From positions 1,000 through 64,999 of the forward strand of contig JAFGSM010000080.1 of NCBI GenBank assembly GCA_016934595.1: a DNA stretch of 64,000 nucleotides. Reading direction: 5' to 3'. Both the position numbers and the translations under genes were made by a program. Positions 37,584 to 47,765 of this stretch are shown here, in pieces; the stretch's first letter is position 1, and the number at the start of each line of letters is the position of its first letter. Source of the stretch: a bacterium. Lineage in GTDB: Bacteria > SZUA-182 > DTGQ01 > JAFGSM01. The notes under the pieces were generated by a model that did no database searches, had not been told where the DNA came from, and saw only the letters and a program-made list of their open reading frames with translations.

Positions 37584-38969
37584 ATGGCTAACATAAACGA
37601 TATTAAAAATAATGATGACGGGGCTGTTCTTGTCCTTACAATGGTAGTTTTGCTTATCATCTCGATCCTCACATTATCCTTCTTCTATCTTCAAATCATG
37701 GAGGTAGATTTAATAGCCTATGAAACGGATTATATCCAGGCGTTTTACCTTGCAAATGCCGCTTTAGAGCATGGAATTAAACGCCTTATCGATGACCCAA
37801 ATGGTATTTCCACACAGTGGATATCTCTCAATCTCGAATCTGATATAGTAACGGCGCTAAATCTTGAGGAACCTCCTTTTATAGATTACAGGCATATACA
37901 AAACCAGGATGGAACTATCACAGTTCTGGCCAAGGCCAGGGTCAATAATATAGAAAGGAGAATCCAGGCAGGCATCATCCCCCCCAGCCGTTTTGGAAGC
38001 CAAAGCAGCGATTTCAATAAAAAAATATATGAAACAATCGAGGATCTAAAGGGTGATATACTAAAAGATGCAACCTTTACATCCATAAATAAACTGACAG
38101 GCGAGGTTCCCCTCAAATTGGTAGACATAGAGGCTAATCCCTATGGGATAAAGTTGTTGACGACAGATGATGCATACAAGGACGAATACGCCGCTGATAT
38201 TATAGAAGCATCCCCAAATGATGAACGTTATGCGGCTCTTTATATTGATCCCGAAAACACAAACTCCCTTGTCAAGGGATGGACGTATAAGATAAGCAGG
38301 GTAAGCGCTAACGATTATAACAACAACGAGCTTCTTTTTTACAAGGATGACGGCATCAGGGATTGTTATGAGTGGTGGACTAAAACTATCGATTGGGCAG
38401 ATTACAGTGAGTTTAACTTTAGCGAAAAGCGCGATGCCAAAACCAGCGCAGGGATTCCGGTTCATCCGATTTTGACACTCAAGGAGGGGAAAACACTTGT
38501 CCTTGTGCCTGGAACGTACTTTTTTGAAGAACTGACCCTGATGAAAAACTCAAGATTGGTCACAAACGGAGAGGTCATATTATTTGCCACAAAATGTATA
38601 ATAAACGAGGGCGCAAAGATGATGGGAACGGATCCGGATGACCTGAACAAACAGGTTCCTGAAAACCTGATAGCCATAATTGCAACGACAGTCGGCTCCA
38701 ACCTTACCCCCCAGATAGAAATAAAGGGAAGCGCAGAGGTGCATGGACATATTTTGGCTCCGGATGGCAAAACAACCCTCTATACAGGCACAAACTCCAA
38801 AACCCTTGTCAATGGTTCAATCTTTACAAAGGATTTTGCCTCGACATATACAAAAAACTATTATTCTTATACCTATCAAATTGGTTACGAGGGATGGCCT
38901 AATATGGGACGGCTGCAAACAATACCTGGATCTTGGAAAGAGATAGGGGACCCTAATGGAATATTATGA
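37584..38969 (+). CDS. PilX-like large minor pilin / pilus tip-associated protein
   Basis: An N-terminal hydrophobic helix following ...DDGAVLVLTMVVLLIISILTLSFFYL... matches the PilX_N pattern. It is a large, 461-aa beta-rich protein. Confidence 0.5.
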   Translation: MANINDIKNNDDGAVLVLTMVVLLIISILTLSFFYLQIMEVDLIAYETDYIQAFYLANAALEHGIKRLIDDPNGISTQWISLNLESDIVTALNLEEPPFIDYRHIQNQDGTITVLAKARVNNIERRIQAGIIPPSRFGSQSSDFNKKIYETIEDLKGDILKDATFTSINKLTGEVPLKLVDIEANPYGIKLLTTDDAYKDEYAADIIEASPNDERYAALYIDPENTNSLVKGWTYKISRVSANDYNNNELLFYKDDGIRDCYEWWTKTIDWADYSEFNFSEKRDAKTSAGIPVHPILTLKEGKTLVLVPGTYFFEELTLMKNSRLVTNGEVILFATKCIINEGAKMMGTDPDDLNKQVPENLIAIIATTVGSNLTPQIEIKGSAEVHGHILAPDGKTTLYTGTNSKTLVNGSIFTKDFASTYTKNYYSYTYQIGYEGWPNMGRLQTIPGSWKEIGDPNGIL

Positions 38970-39861
38970 ACTGTTCGGTTTAAAAAGGGAACCTTTTTCC
39001 TTATCTCCGGATCCGGATTTTTTTTATCATTCCCTTCACTATACCGAATGCCTGCAAAGGCTTGAAATATCCATCAGGCTTAGGCGCGGACTGAACCTTA
39101 TACTGGGGGATATGGGCACTGGAAAGACAACCATCAGCAGGATACTGATCAATAGATTTAAAAACGAAAAGGACAGGTTTCTATTCTTTCTAATCCTTGA
39201 CCCGTCATATAATTCGGAATTTCAATTTCTCTCTGCCTTGCTGCGGCTTTTTGATATAAAGCCAAAAAGGAGAAGCAGCCTTGATTATAAAGAGGCGTTG
39301 CAGGACTTTCTTTTCACCAAAGGCGTGCAGGAAGGAAAGGTTATAGTGCTCTTAGTGGACGAAGGGCAAAAGCTGGGGTCAATCCAGATCGAAATATTGC
39401 GAAGCCTTCTCAATTATGAGACAAACGAATACAAGCTGCTCCAACTTGTCATACTTGCCCAGCTTGAATTTCTGAATTTAATAGTGGAACATAAAAATTT
39501 TCTTGACCGTGTAAATTTCAATTACACAATCAGGCCGCTTACCCTGGAGGAGGCCAAATCTCTTATAGAATACAGGCTTCAAAAGGCAGGGCAGCCTGAA
39601 GGCAAATCCCTTTTTGCAGACGAGGCTATACGCCTGATCCATTTACATACAAAGGGATATCCCAGAAAAATAATCAAGCTGTGCCATCATTCTTTGATCT
39701 CCATGTACGCAAGGGGGAAGCAATGTGTGGATATCGGGATCGTGCAATCCCTTCAAGAAAATCAGGTTGTATTGGATAGCGACCTTTTCGCATTGAAACG
39801 AAATCTTCAACAATTCGGCAGGAGATGTTCACGCCCCTGGGCTCAGGCAGGCATTAAATGA
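38956..39861 (+). CDS. ExeA/GspA-like AAA+ ATPase
   Basis: Walker A GDMGTGKTTISRIL, Walker B VLLVDEGQKL and an overall AAA_22-like organisation. Confidence 0.7.
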   Translation: MEYYELFGLKREPFSLSPDPDFFYHSLHYTECLQRLEISIRLRRGLNLILGDMGTGKTTISRILINRFKNEKDRFLFFLILDPSYNSEFQFLSALLRLFDIKPKRRSSLDYKEALQDFLFTKGVQEGKVIVLLVDEGQKLGSIQIEILRSLLNYETNEYKLLQLVILAQLEFLNLIVEHKNFLDRVNFNYTIRPLTLEEAKSLIEYRLQKAGQPEGKSLFADEAIRLIHLHTKGYPRKIIKLCHHSLISMYARGKQCVDIGIVQSLQENQVVLDSDLFALKRNLQQFGRRCSRPWAQAGIK

Positions 39862-39884
39862 AAACTTACGGGTATTAATCAAAA

Positions 39885-41222
39885 ATGGAAGATAAAGATA
39901 AAGAGATCGCTGCCACAAACAGGCTCCTTAATATTATCAGGGGAGATGAAGGAGATTATAGTCCACAGCAAAAAGCAGTTAAGACATCTTCCAATGATGA
40001 GCAGAAGGAAGCCCAAAAAAAAGAGACAGGCTGGAAGACTGGAGGAAACCAGGACAATTCTGCATCGGCTATCAAGGTCCAAGAGAAGTTTTCACCTTTG
40101 CCCCAAAGTGGTTCGCCTCCTGCACAAGCCATATTCCAAAAAAAGGAAAAGAGACCGTCATGGCTCTCATGGATAAGAAACAGTGAAAAAAAGGCATTGG
40201 GTGTTGATATAGGTTCATACAGCCTTAAATATGTGCTTGTTCAAAAGGGTATTGGCGGCATTAAGTTGCTGGATTATAATATAGTTGACCTGCATCCAGA
40301 GGGAGGCGGCGATGCAGATGGCGGGATGTCGCCAGAAAAGGCCCTGCGGTCAATGGTTTCAGGAATCGATCTTGATTCCACTAAAGTAATTAGTTCGGTA
40401 AGCGGGCCATCTGTTATCGTCAGGCACGTCCAGTTCCCCCAGATGAGCGAAAAGGAGCTAATGTCATCATTAAACTGGGAGGCAAGGAGCTATATCCCCT
40501 TCCCGCTTGACGAAATCAACCTGGACTATCAAATCCTGCCCAGAAAGGAAAAGGACCGAAGGCTGGATGTCATTCTGGTGTCCGTCACAAAAAAACTGCT
40601 GCGCTCTCACCTGGATCTTTTGGAAAGCGCATATATAGAGCCTGCTATTGTGGATATAAATCCTTTATCCATGATAAACACTTATATGATGACCTGCAAT
40701 GACAATGAGGCCAAGACAATCGCCCTTCTTAATATGGGCGCCCAGTCTTCTTCATTGAGCATATATAGGATTGGAAGTCTATTTTTTACAAGGGATATCC
40801 GGATCGGTGGCAATTCGTTCACAAAACTGGTTCAATCAAAATTCAAGATTTCATATGCGGAGGCGGAATCGATAAAAAAGGGGGCATCCGGCAATGATAC
40901 CCCGACGGAAAAAACCCAGGATATGCAGAACATCTTCAAACCATTGCTTGATGAATTGATTTTGGAGACAAGGAGGTCATTGATTTATTATGACAACCAG
41001 ACAGGGAAAAAGGGCTTCAGTTTTATCGTATTGACCGGAGGCGGATCCCTGCTTAATGGCCTGCCTGAAACCCTGGAATCCGAGCTTGATATCCCTGTAC
41101 AATTTCTGGAACCTTTTAGAAAACTGCGCTTAGAGGGGGTCGTCTCCCCTGCGCTTTTGAAAAAAGAGATATCAGAAAGACTATCATTAAGCATCGGCCT
41201 TGCGTTAAGGGGGATTTCATGA
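39885..41222 (+). CDS. pilM: Type IV pilus assembly protein PilM (actin-like) with a ~100-aa disordered N-terminal extension
   Basis: LGVDIGSYSLKYVLVQK... (actin-fold phosphate-1 motif) and ...IVLTGGGSLLNGLPE... (phosphate-2 motif). Confidence 0.8.
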   Translation: MEDKDKEIAATNRLLNIIRGDEGDYSPQQKAVKTSSNDEQKEAQKKETGWKTGGNQDNSASAIKVQEKFSPLPQSGSPPAQAIFQKKEKRPSWLSWIRNSEKKALGVDIGSYSLKYVLVQKGIGGIKLLDYNIVDLHPEGGGDADGGMSPEKALRSMVSGIDLDSTKVISSVSGPSVIVRHVQFPQMSEKELMSSLNWEARSYIPFPLDEINLDYQILPRKEKDRRLDVILVSVTKKLLRSHLDLLESAYIEPAIVDINPLSMINTYMMTCNDNEAKTIALLNMGAQSSSLSIYRIGSLFFTRDIRIGGNSFTKLVQSKFKISYAEAESIKKGASGNDTPTEKTQDMQNIFKPLLDELILETRRSLIYYDNQTGKKGFSFIVLTGGGSLLNGLPETLESELDIPVQFLEPFRKLRLEGVVSPALLKKEISERLSLSIGLALRGIS

Positions 41223-41842
41223 AAAAAACCTTATTCAACATAAATCTGTACATGCCTGAGAAGAAGAAAAAAAAGGTGATTAAACCTCCCCGCGACGGCA
41301 GGTTCATGGGCATCGTTGCCTTTTTCGCGGCCATTGTGCTTATTCTCGTTATCGGATACCTTTTCTTTGGCATATATATCCCGCAAATGCGTATGATCGA
41401 GGATGCCCATTCCGAGGAAGAAAGGCTGGAATCGCAGCTTCAGGGGATAAAGGCCGTTTCACAAAGGCTGGCAAGGAAAAAGGGATTATATTTAGATATA
41501 AGGGGCGAGGCCGTTTCCTGGCCTGAAAAATTGCTTGCGATTATGGATGCCTTGCCTGAAAGCATCTGGCTTCACAAGCTCGACTTTCAGGGCCGGTCTG
41601 GAGATGTCAAAGGGGGACAGACCCTTACTATCTCCGGATTTACATTCTCAGGCGCAATGAAAGGCAACCTTGATCAAATCGGGATATTTTTAACAAACAT
41701 AAATCAATCCGCCGAATTTGAAGCAGAATTCGACCCGCTGCGGCTGGATTTTACCCGCAAATCGAAATCTGAACAGGGCACAGTCGAATTTCAGCTCACG
41801 GGAAAGGCCAGGGATTTGGCTTTGTCGGCATACACCCGATAA
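41219..41842 (+). CDS. pilN: PilN-like inner-membrane pilus assembly protein
   Basis: A short cytoplasmic N-terminus, one TM helix (MGIVAFFAAIVLILVIGYLFFGI) and a periplasmic coiled-coil domain. Position after pilM, with a 4-nt overlap. Confidence 0.6.
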   Translation: MKKTLFNINLYMPEKKKKKVIKPPRDGRFMGIVAFFAAIVLILVIGYLFFGIYIPQMRMIEDAHSEEERLESQLQGIKAVSQRLARKKGLYLDIRGEAVSWPEKLLAIMDALPESIWLHKLDFQGRSGDVKGGQTLTISGFTFSGAMKGNLDQIGIFLTNINQSAEFEAEFDPLRLDFTRKSKSEQGTVEFQLTGKARDLALSAYTR

Positions 41843-41856
41843 GGAATTAATAAAAT

Positions 41857-42822
41857 ATGAAAAAGGCCGGTTATTACTTCATTTTTATTTGCCTGTTTTT
41901 GGTTGTCGCTATATGTTTCGTCTTTTATTATACCTTGTATAGACCCAATCAGGTTGAATTGACGCGAACCGAAAACAAGATCAATGCCCTCAAGGAAGAA
42001 ATCCGGTCAAACGAAAAGACTATCGACGCGATAAGAAAAGATATATCGGGTTTTGACCTCAGTCCGGTGAACATCAACTATTTTAACCGTAACAAGGGCA
42101 AAGGAGAAGAAAGGTCCGCCCTTTTTCTCAAATCTTTAAATGACCTTTCAAACAAACTGGGTGTAAGGTTGATTTCTATAACACCAGGTCCTTCCAAACA
42201 AAATCCGGATTACACAAAAGACACCTTCGAGGTACTATTGACATCCGATTTTCAGAGATTGATACACCTCCTTTTTTATTTGAAAAACACCATCGGCCTC
42301 AATATGGACCGTTTGAACATCGTCAAGGAGGATAATAAAGGCATTTCCGACCTGACCGTCCTTTTATTGCTGAACACATTGGAAATGACAGAGCCTGAAG
42401 AACAAAAAGCAGGCAACCTCGAAGAGCTTAGGGCCTTGCATATTGAAAGCGAGCCGAACCTTAGCGATATAAAACCTGCAAAAACAAAAGATCCCGACAA
42501 TTTTCTTGCATCCCTGGGCGTTGCGCAGGACAATGCGAGGGACCCCTTTGCAAAACCCGAATTTATAGCGCAAGTCCAGGAAAAATTAAATCAGATCGAA
42601 AAGGATTTACAGGCAAGCAGGCTTCTAGGCATAATCGATTTTGACGGACAAAGGCATGCCATAATCGGGAATCATACAGTAAAAAGGGGTGAAAAAATCT
42701 TCAACATGGAGGTTCTGGAGATATTGCCGGATGCCGTAGTCCTGGGAAACAACAATTTAAGGTTTACATATCAGCTTAAAGAAAACGAAACCAATTTAAA
42801 CAAAAAACAAGGAGAACTCTAA
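41857..42822 (+). CDS. PilO-like protein with a C-terminal PilP-like beta domain (apparent PilO-PilP fusion)
   Basis: TM helix plus coiled coil (PilO-like). The C-terminal ...LLGIIDFDGQRHAIIGNHTVKRGEKIFNMEVLEILPDAVVLGNNN... resembles the PilP beta-sandwich. No separate pilP ORF lies before the secretin gene. Confidence 0.5.
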   Translation: MKKAGYYFIFICLFLVVAICFVFYYTLYRPNQVELTRTENKINALKEEIRSNEKTIDAIRKDISGFDLSPVNINYFNRNKGKGEERSALFLKSLNDLSNKLGVRLISITPGPSKQNPDYTKDTFEVLLTSDFQRLIHLLFYLKNTIGLNMDRLNIVKEDNKGISDLTVLLLLNTLEMTEPEEQKAGNLEELRALHIESEPNLSDIKPAKTKDPDNFLASLGVAQDNARDPFAKPEFIAQVQEKLNQIEKDLQASRLLGIIDFDGQRHAIIGNHTVKRGEKIFNMEVLEILPDAVVLGNNNLRFTYQLKENETNLNKKQGEL

Positions 42823-42823
42823 T

Positions 42824-44371
42824 ATGAAGGATCATCATATATCTGCATCATGCAGGGTGTTATTGTGTATATCCTTGATGCTCACAATGGTCTTGTTTGC
42901 CAACATGACATCATACGCTCAATTCAGACGCAGGTATCATGGAATAGATCTCGATTTCCCCGGGAAAAAATGCTCTATGAAATTAGTGGGCGCAGAAGTC
43001 TCAGATGTCCTCCGCACATTTGCCAATCAGTACAAGCTCAACCTTGTTGTCGGGGCTGACGTATCCGGCAAAATCGACCTGACGTTAAAAGATGTGGATA
43101 TCAAGGATGCCTTTTTGACTATACTTCGTTCTGCCAAACTGGCATATATAAAAGAGGGAAAGATTTACAGGATCATGCCTCTGGAAAAACTGGCAGAGGA
43201 AAACAGGCTGGAAGAAAGCTCGCTTGATATGGAAATAAAGATATTCAGCCCCCAATATGCAAGCGCTCCGAGGCTTGCAAAAAGCATGCAAAATCTTCTG
43301 TCAAAAAGGGATGGCACTTTCATAGATGCCGATGAAAGGACCAATTCCATTGTCGTCAAGGACATTCCGCAAAAACTTTATGAAATGGAGAGACTTTTCA
43401 GATTATTGGATGTGGAACAGGTTACAGACGTTCGCTCTATAGACACAGAAATCATAGAATTAAAATTTATAGATATAAAGGAGATGGGCAAAAATGTGGG
43501 GTCAATGATATCAAACGCAGGGAGGGTTGACATCAATGAAAAAACCCATTCCTTGATAATATCGGATATAAGCGAAAATCTTGTGCAGATCAAAAACCTG
43601 ATAAACAAACTGGATAAACCTTCAAGACAGGTATATATAAAGGCGAAGATAGTTGAGGTCACAAAGAACTTTAGCAGAGACATTGGCATACAATGGGGGG
43701 GACATTATACAGACGGCCCCCCGTCAGGCAAGACGTTTCCAAAGGTTACCCTGACTGGGATGGGTGATATCCAGAATTTCGCCGTGAATTTGCCTACGAC
43801 CTTAAACCCGGCATACGGCGGAATCGGCCTCTCCCTCGGACACATTAATAATAAAGCGCAATTGGATGTTCAATTAAAGGCGCTGGAAGACAAGGGCGAG
43901 GCCCATGTCTCATCCTCGCCTGAAATAGTCACCCTGGACAATACAAAGGCCGTAATAGAAACGGGGACACGGGTTCCATATAGAACCTTAGATTTGGGCG
44001 CAGGAACAGCCGAAGCCGCCACTGTTAAATATTTTGATGCCTTTACACGGCTGGAGGTCATACCCCACATCACCTCGGATAACCGTATAAAGATGAAAAT
44101 CATAGCAGATAAGGATTGGGCTGATATTACAAAAGGGGTGGATGGCAATCCATTGATATTCCGGAAGGGGGCTGAGACAGAACTAATAGTCAAGGATGGC
44201 GAGACAACTGTGATAGGGGGTCTCTCTATAAGTGAATCCAAGGAATCCCGGAAAAAGGTGCCGTGGTTTGCCGATATACCCTTAATCGGCGCCCTGTTTA
44301 AAAATAGTTTCAAATCCAAAAACTATGATGAGGTCCTGATCTTCATCACGCCTCATATTATTGAAAATTGA
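42824..44371 (+). CDS. pilQ: Type IV pilus / T2SS secretin (PilQ/GspD family)
   Basis: Signal peptide, secretin_N repeats and the conserved C-terminal secretin domain (...TTVIGGLSISES...VPWFADIPLIGALFK...VLIFITPHII). Confidence 0.85.
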   Translation: MKDHHISASCRVLLCISLMLTMVLFANMTSYAQFRRRYHGIDLDFPGKKCSMKLVGAEVSDVLRTFANQYKLNLVVGADVSGKIDLTLKDVDIKDAFLTILRSAKLAYIKEGKIYRIMPLEKLAEENRLEESSLDMEIKIFSPQYASAPRLAKSMQNLLSKRDGTFIDADERTNSIVVKDIPQKLYEMERLFRLLDVEQVTDVRSIDTEIIELKFIDIKEMGKNVGSMISNAGRVDINEKTHSLIISDISENLVQIKNLINKLDKPSRQVYIKAKIVEVTKNFSRDIGIQWGGHYTDGPPSGKTFPKVTLTGMGDIQNFAVNLPTTLNPAYGGIGLSLGHINNKAQLDVQLKALEDKGEAHVSSSPEIVTLDNTKAVIETGTRVPYRTLDLGAGTAEAATVKYFDAFTRLEVIPHITSDNRIKMKIIADKDWADITKGVDGNPLIFRKGAETELIVKDGETTVIGGLSISESKESRKKVPWFADIPLIGALFKNSFKSKNYDEVLIFITPHIIEN

Positions 44372-46110
44372 TTGACATGTCCCAGAAAAAGTACCGATCA
44401 GGATATACACAGATAGGAGAGCTGCTAATACAGGAAGGGCTGATTACCCAGCCCCAATTAGAGCAGGCTTATAATAAACAAAAACATACAGGCGAACGAA
44501 TCGGCGTGATCCTGGTAAACATGGGTATCATTTCGGAGCAGAGTCTTCTAAAAGGTTTGGCCAAACAGCTCAATATAGATTACATCCCTGCCCCTGATCT
44601 TGCTAAAATAGATAGTGACACTGCCGGTATTATCCCTGAGCATCTGGCCCGCAAACACCTGGCCATACCTTTTAAAAAAGTCCATGATTCCCTAAAGGTG
44701 ATTATGGCCGACCCCTTCGATCTTCTCTCAATCGATGATTTACAGCGAATCACAGGCATGGATATCAAGCCTGCCATCAGTTCAGGAAAGGATATCGAGG
44801 CAGCCATCGCCCAAATCTATAAACCAAAAGAGGAGAAAAGGATACTCGAAGTGCTCGAGAACCTCCAATCCACACAGATGGAGGTCGAAAAGAAGACAGA
44901 CGAAGAAGGCCCGGACCTGGAAACAATAAAGGAACAGGTTGAGGATGCGCCTATTGTCAAGCTTGTCGATTACATAATCACCAATGCCGTCAATAAACGG
45001 GCAAGCGACATACATGTAGAACCGCAGGAAGGCAATGTTCTAATCCGGTACCGGATCGACGGCGTGCTCTATGACATAATATCGCCTCCCAGAAATCTCC
45101 GCATGGCTATCACTTCCAGGATAAAAATCCTTTCCAATCTTGATATAGCGGAAAGAAGGCTCCCTCAAGACGGGCGTTTTACAATCAAATACAACAACAG
45201 AGAGATAGACCTGCGCGTATCATGCGTGCCAACTATATTTGGAGAAAAGATTGTCTTGAGGCTGCTGGAAAAAACGGTGTTCGGTTTTCAGTTTGAAAAA
45301 CTCGGATTGGATACAAACCAGCTTGAGATAGTCAAACATTACATGTATCAGCCATACGGGATGATCCTCCTTACAGGGCCAACAGGAAGCGGCAAATCAA
45401 CCACCCTTTATGCTATACTATCGAGGATCCGTTCCCCTGAAAAGAATATTATTACTATTGAAGACCCCGTTGAGTATCAAGTCAAGGGAATAAATCAGAT
45501 TCAGGCAAATTTCAAGATAGGGCTGACCTTCGCGAATGGCCTTCGGTCTATTCTGCGTCAGGACCCTGATACGATTATGGTGGGAGAAATCAGGGACCAG
45601 GAAACGGCTGAGATAAGCATCCGTTCAGCGCTAACCGGTCATCTGGTCTTTTCTACTTTGCATACGAATGATGCGATCGGCACAGTGGTGAGATTGATAA
45701 ACATGGGAATCGAACCTTTTCTGGTATGCAATTCCCTATCTCTTGCAATAGCCCAAAGGCTGGTGCGCCGTATCTGCGTTGAGTGCCGCGAGGCATATAC
45801 GCCCAGCTCCACCCTCCTCGAAAACTTCGGCCTTAAACCCGACAAAAGAGAAGAGATACTCTTCTATCGCGGCAAAGGCTGCAACGCCTGTAATTATACC
45901 GGTTATCTGGGCCGTGTAGGTATCTTTGAGGTCATGGTCATGACACAGGACATTCGGAACCTTGTGTTACAAAACGCACTTCCCAGCATTATAAAACGGA
46001 AGGCCCAGGAAAATGGGATGACAACGCTCCTGGAGAGCGGCCTTCATAAGGTCATCCAGGGCGTGACCAGCATAGATGAGGTCATGAGCACTTGTATTGA
46101 GGAAGAATAG
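44368..46110 (+). CDS. pilB: Type IV pilus assembly ATPase PilB / GspE family
   Basis: N-terminal GSPII_E_N domain, Walker A GPTGSGKSTT, Asp box, Walker B ...IMVGEIRD, His box, and a tetracysteine motif CVECREAY...CNAC. Confidence 0.9.
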   Translation: MIDMSQKKYRSGYTQIGELLIQEGLITQPQLEQAYNKQKHTGERIGVILVNMGIISEQSLLKGLAKQLNIDYIPAPDLAKIDSDTAGIIPEHLARKHLAIPFKKVHDSLKVIMADPFDLLSIDDLQRITGMDIKPAISSGKDIEAAIAQIYKPKEEKRILEVLENLQSTQMEVEKKTDEEGPDLETIKEQVEDAPIVKLVDYIITNAVNKRASDIHVEPQEGNVLIRYRIDGVLYDIISPPRNLRMAITSRIKILSNLDIAERRLPQDGRFTIKYNNREIDLRVSCVPTIFGEKIVLRLLEKTVFGFQFEKLGLDTNQLEIVKHYMYQPYGMILLTGPTGSGKSTTLYAILSRIRSPEKNIITIEDPVEYQVKGINQIQANFKIGLTFANGLRSILRQDPDTIMVGEIRDQETAEISIRSALTGHLVFSTLHTNDAIGTVVRLINMGIEPFLVCNSLSLAIAQRLVRRICVECREAYTPSSTLLENFGLKPDKREEILFYRGKGCNACNYTGYLGRVGIFEVMVMTQDIRNLVLQNALPSIIKRKAQENGMTTLLESGLHKVIQGVTSIDEVMSTCIEEE

Positions 46111-47356
46111 GGAGAGACAAGACTTGCCTTTTTATACATACAAAGCTAGAGAATTTAATGGCAAAACCTTTAGCGGCATTATGGACGTGGAAAATGAGGA
46201 TGCCTTGATAGAAAGGCTGCACCGGAGGGATGCGGTGCCCTTAAATATCAATATTGTCAATGCGCCGCCCAAAAGATCCTCCTTCTTTGAAAAACTTAAG
46301 ATAGGGATCAAACGCACAACCAATCCTATAAGGCTGCATGAGATCCTCATGTTTACGCATCAGTTGTCGGCGATGTTCAGCTCCGGCATACCACTGTCAA
46401 GGAGCCTTCAATCGATCGCCATAGACTCGAAGAACAAACACCTCCAGGAGATCATCACAGAAATATACCGCTCCATTGAGGCAGGGGAAGACCTGTCCCA
46501 GGCCATGTCCCGATATCCGGAGGTCTTTGATGAATTATATGTTAATTTGATCCGTTCAGGGGAGATAAGCGGAACCCTGGCGATAGTCTTGCCCCAACTC
46601 GTATCATATATTGAAAGGTATTTAGAGGTCAGGGGTAAGGTTAAGGCCGCCATCACATATCCTTTTGTCATTATAAGTTTCGCCATACTGGTTATAGCCT
46701 TTCTGGTTCTTATCATCGTACCCAAGTTCGGCATCATATATAATCGCCTTAAGGCCCCGCTTCCATTGCCGACCAAGATACTTCTTACAGGGAGCCAGTT
46801 GATCAGACAAAATTTTTTTGCGATGATATTTTTATCGCTGATGATCCTGTTTCTGCTTTATCTATGTTTTCAAACCGAAAGGATAGAGTTTTTATGGGAC
46901 AGAGCAAAGCTAAGAATCCCCATATTTGGCCCCCTTGTTCTAAAAAGCATTTTTGCCAAATTCTGTAAAACACTGTCCGTTCTTCTCCAAAGCGGATTGC
47001 CCATTATTCAGTCTATACAGATTGCTTCCAATACACTAAACAACCGCTATTTGCAGCATGTCCTTGAAAAATGCAATCTGAGCATACAGAAAGGGGCATC
47101 GATATCAGAGGCATTTGCGGAATCCAGCGCCTTCCCTGATTTACTGATCCAAATGGTCTCTTCAGGCGAAGAATCTGGCACCCTTCATATAATGTTAGAG
47201 AAGACATCAAATTTTTATCAGCAACAGGTCAATAGCACTGTCAACGCATTAACCTCTATAATAGAGCCCATATTGATCATCATTATCGGAGTGATAGTCG
47301 CCGGGATAGCCATAGCCGTTTTCCTTCCGATCTTTAAAATGGGAGAGGCGTTGTAA
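46097..47356 (+). CDS. pilC: Type IV pilus / T2SS platform protein PilC / GspF family
   Basis: Two T2SSF repeats (…FTHQLSAMFSSGIPLSRSL… and …FCKTLSVLLQSGLPIIQSI…) with three TM helices. Confidence 0.85.
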   Translation: MRKNRERQDLPFYTYKAREFNGKTFSGIMDVENEDALIERLHRRDAVPLNINIVNAPPKRSSFFEKLKIGIKRTTNPIRLHEILMFTHQLSAMFSSGIPLSRSLQSIAIDSKNKHLQEIITEIYRSIEAGEDLSQAMSRYPEVFDELYVNLIRSGEISGTLAIVLPQLVSYIERYLEVRGKVKAAITYPFVIISFAILVIAFLVLIIVPKFGIIYNRLKAPLPLPTKILLTGSQLIRQNFFAMIFLSLMILFLLYLCFQTERIEFLWDRAKLRIPIFGPLVLKSIFAKFCKTLSVLLQSGLPIIQSIQIASNTLNNRYLQHVLEKCNLSIQKGASISEAFAESSAFPDLLIQMVSSGEESGTLHIMLEKTSNFYQQQVNSTVNALTSIIEPILIIIIGVIVAGIAIAVFLPIFKMGEAL

Positions 47357-47390
47357 AAAAGCGCTCAGATTAAGGAGATTTCAACCGCTC

Positions 47391-47702
47391 ATGGTAGAGT
47401 TCAAAAAATTTTCATCAAAAATGAAGAAGGCCAACATCAGGGTAATAATCTATGTGTCAGGCTTTAAAATTTTTGGCAACATCCACCTGCCCATAGGTGG
47501 CAGGCTGACTGATTTTCTTAATACCAAGGGGCTTGGCGCAGAAGGCGAAGTTTTTATACCCGTCACCGATGTCAGCATTCACGACATCTCCGATGGAAGG
47601 CTTCTGCATTACACATCCTTTCTCAATGTGAACAAGGATAAGATTTTATTCATTTTCCCATTCGAGGATGTTAAGGATTCCAAACCAGAGAAAAAGGATT
47701 GA
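47391..47702 (+). CDS. Hypothetical small protein (possibly degenerate PilZ-like)
   Basis: A 103-aa ORF directly after pilC. ...HDISDGRLLH weakly resembles the PilZ DxSxGG motif. Low confidence. Confidence 0.3.
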   Translation: MVEFKKFSSKMKKANIRVIIYVSGFKIFGNIHLPIGGRLTDFLNTKGLGAEGEVFIPVTDVSIHDISDGRLLHYTSFLNVNKDKILFIFPFEDVKDSKPEKKD

Positions 47703-47765
47703 GGAAAAAACTTGACACCAAAAACATTATAGCTTAGGATCAAAAGCCAGAAAAAGGAAAACATC

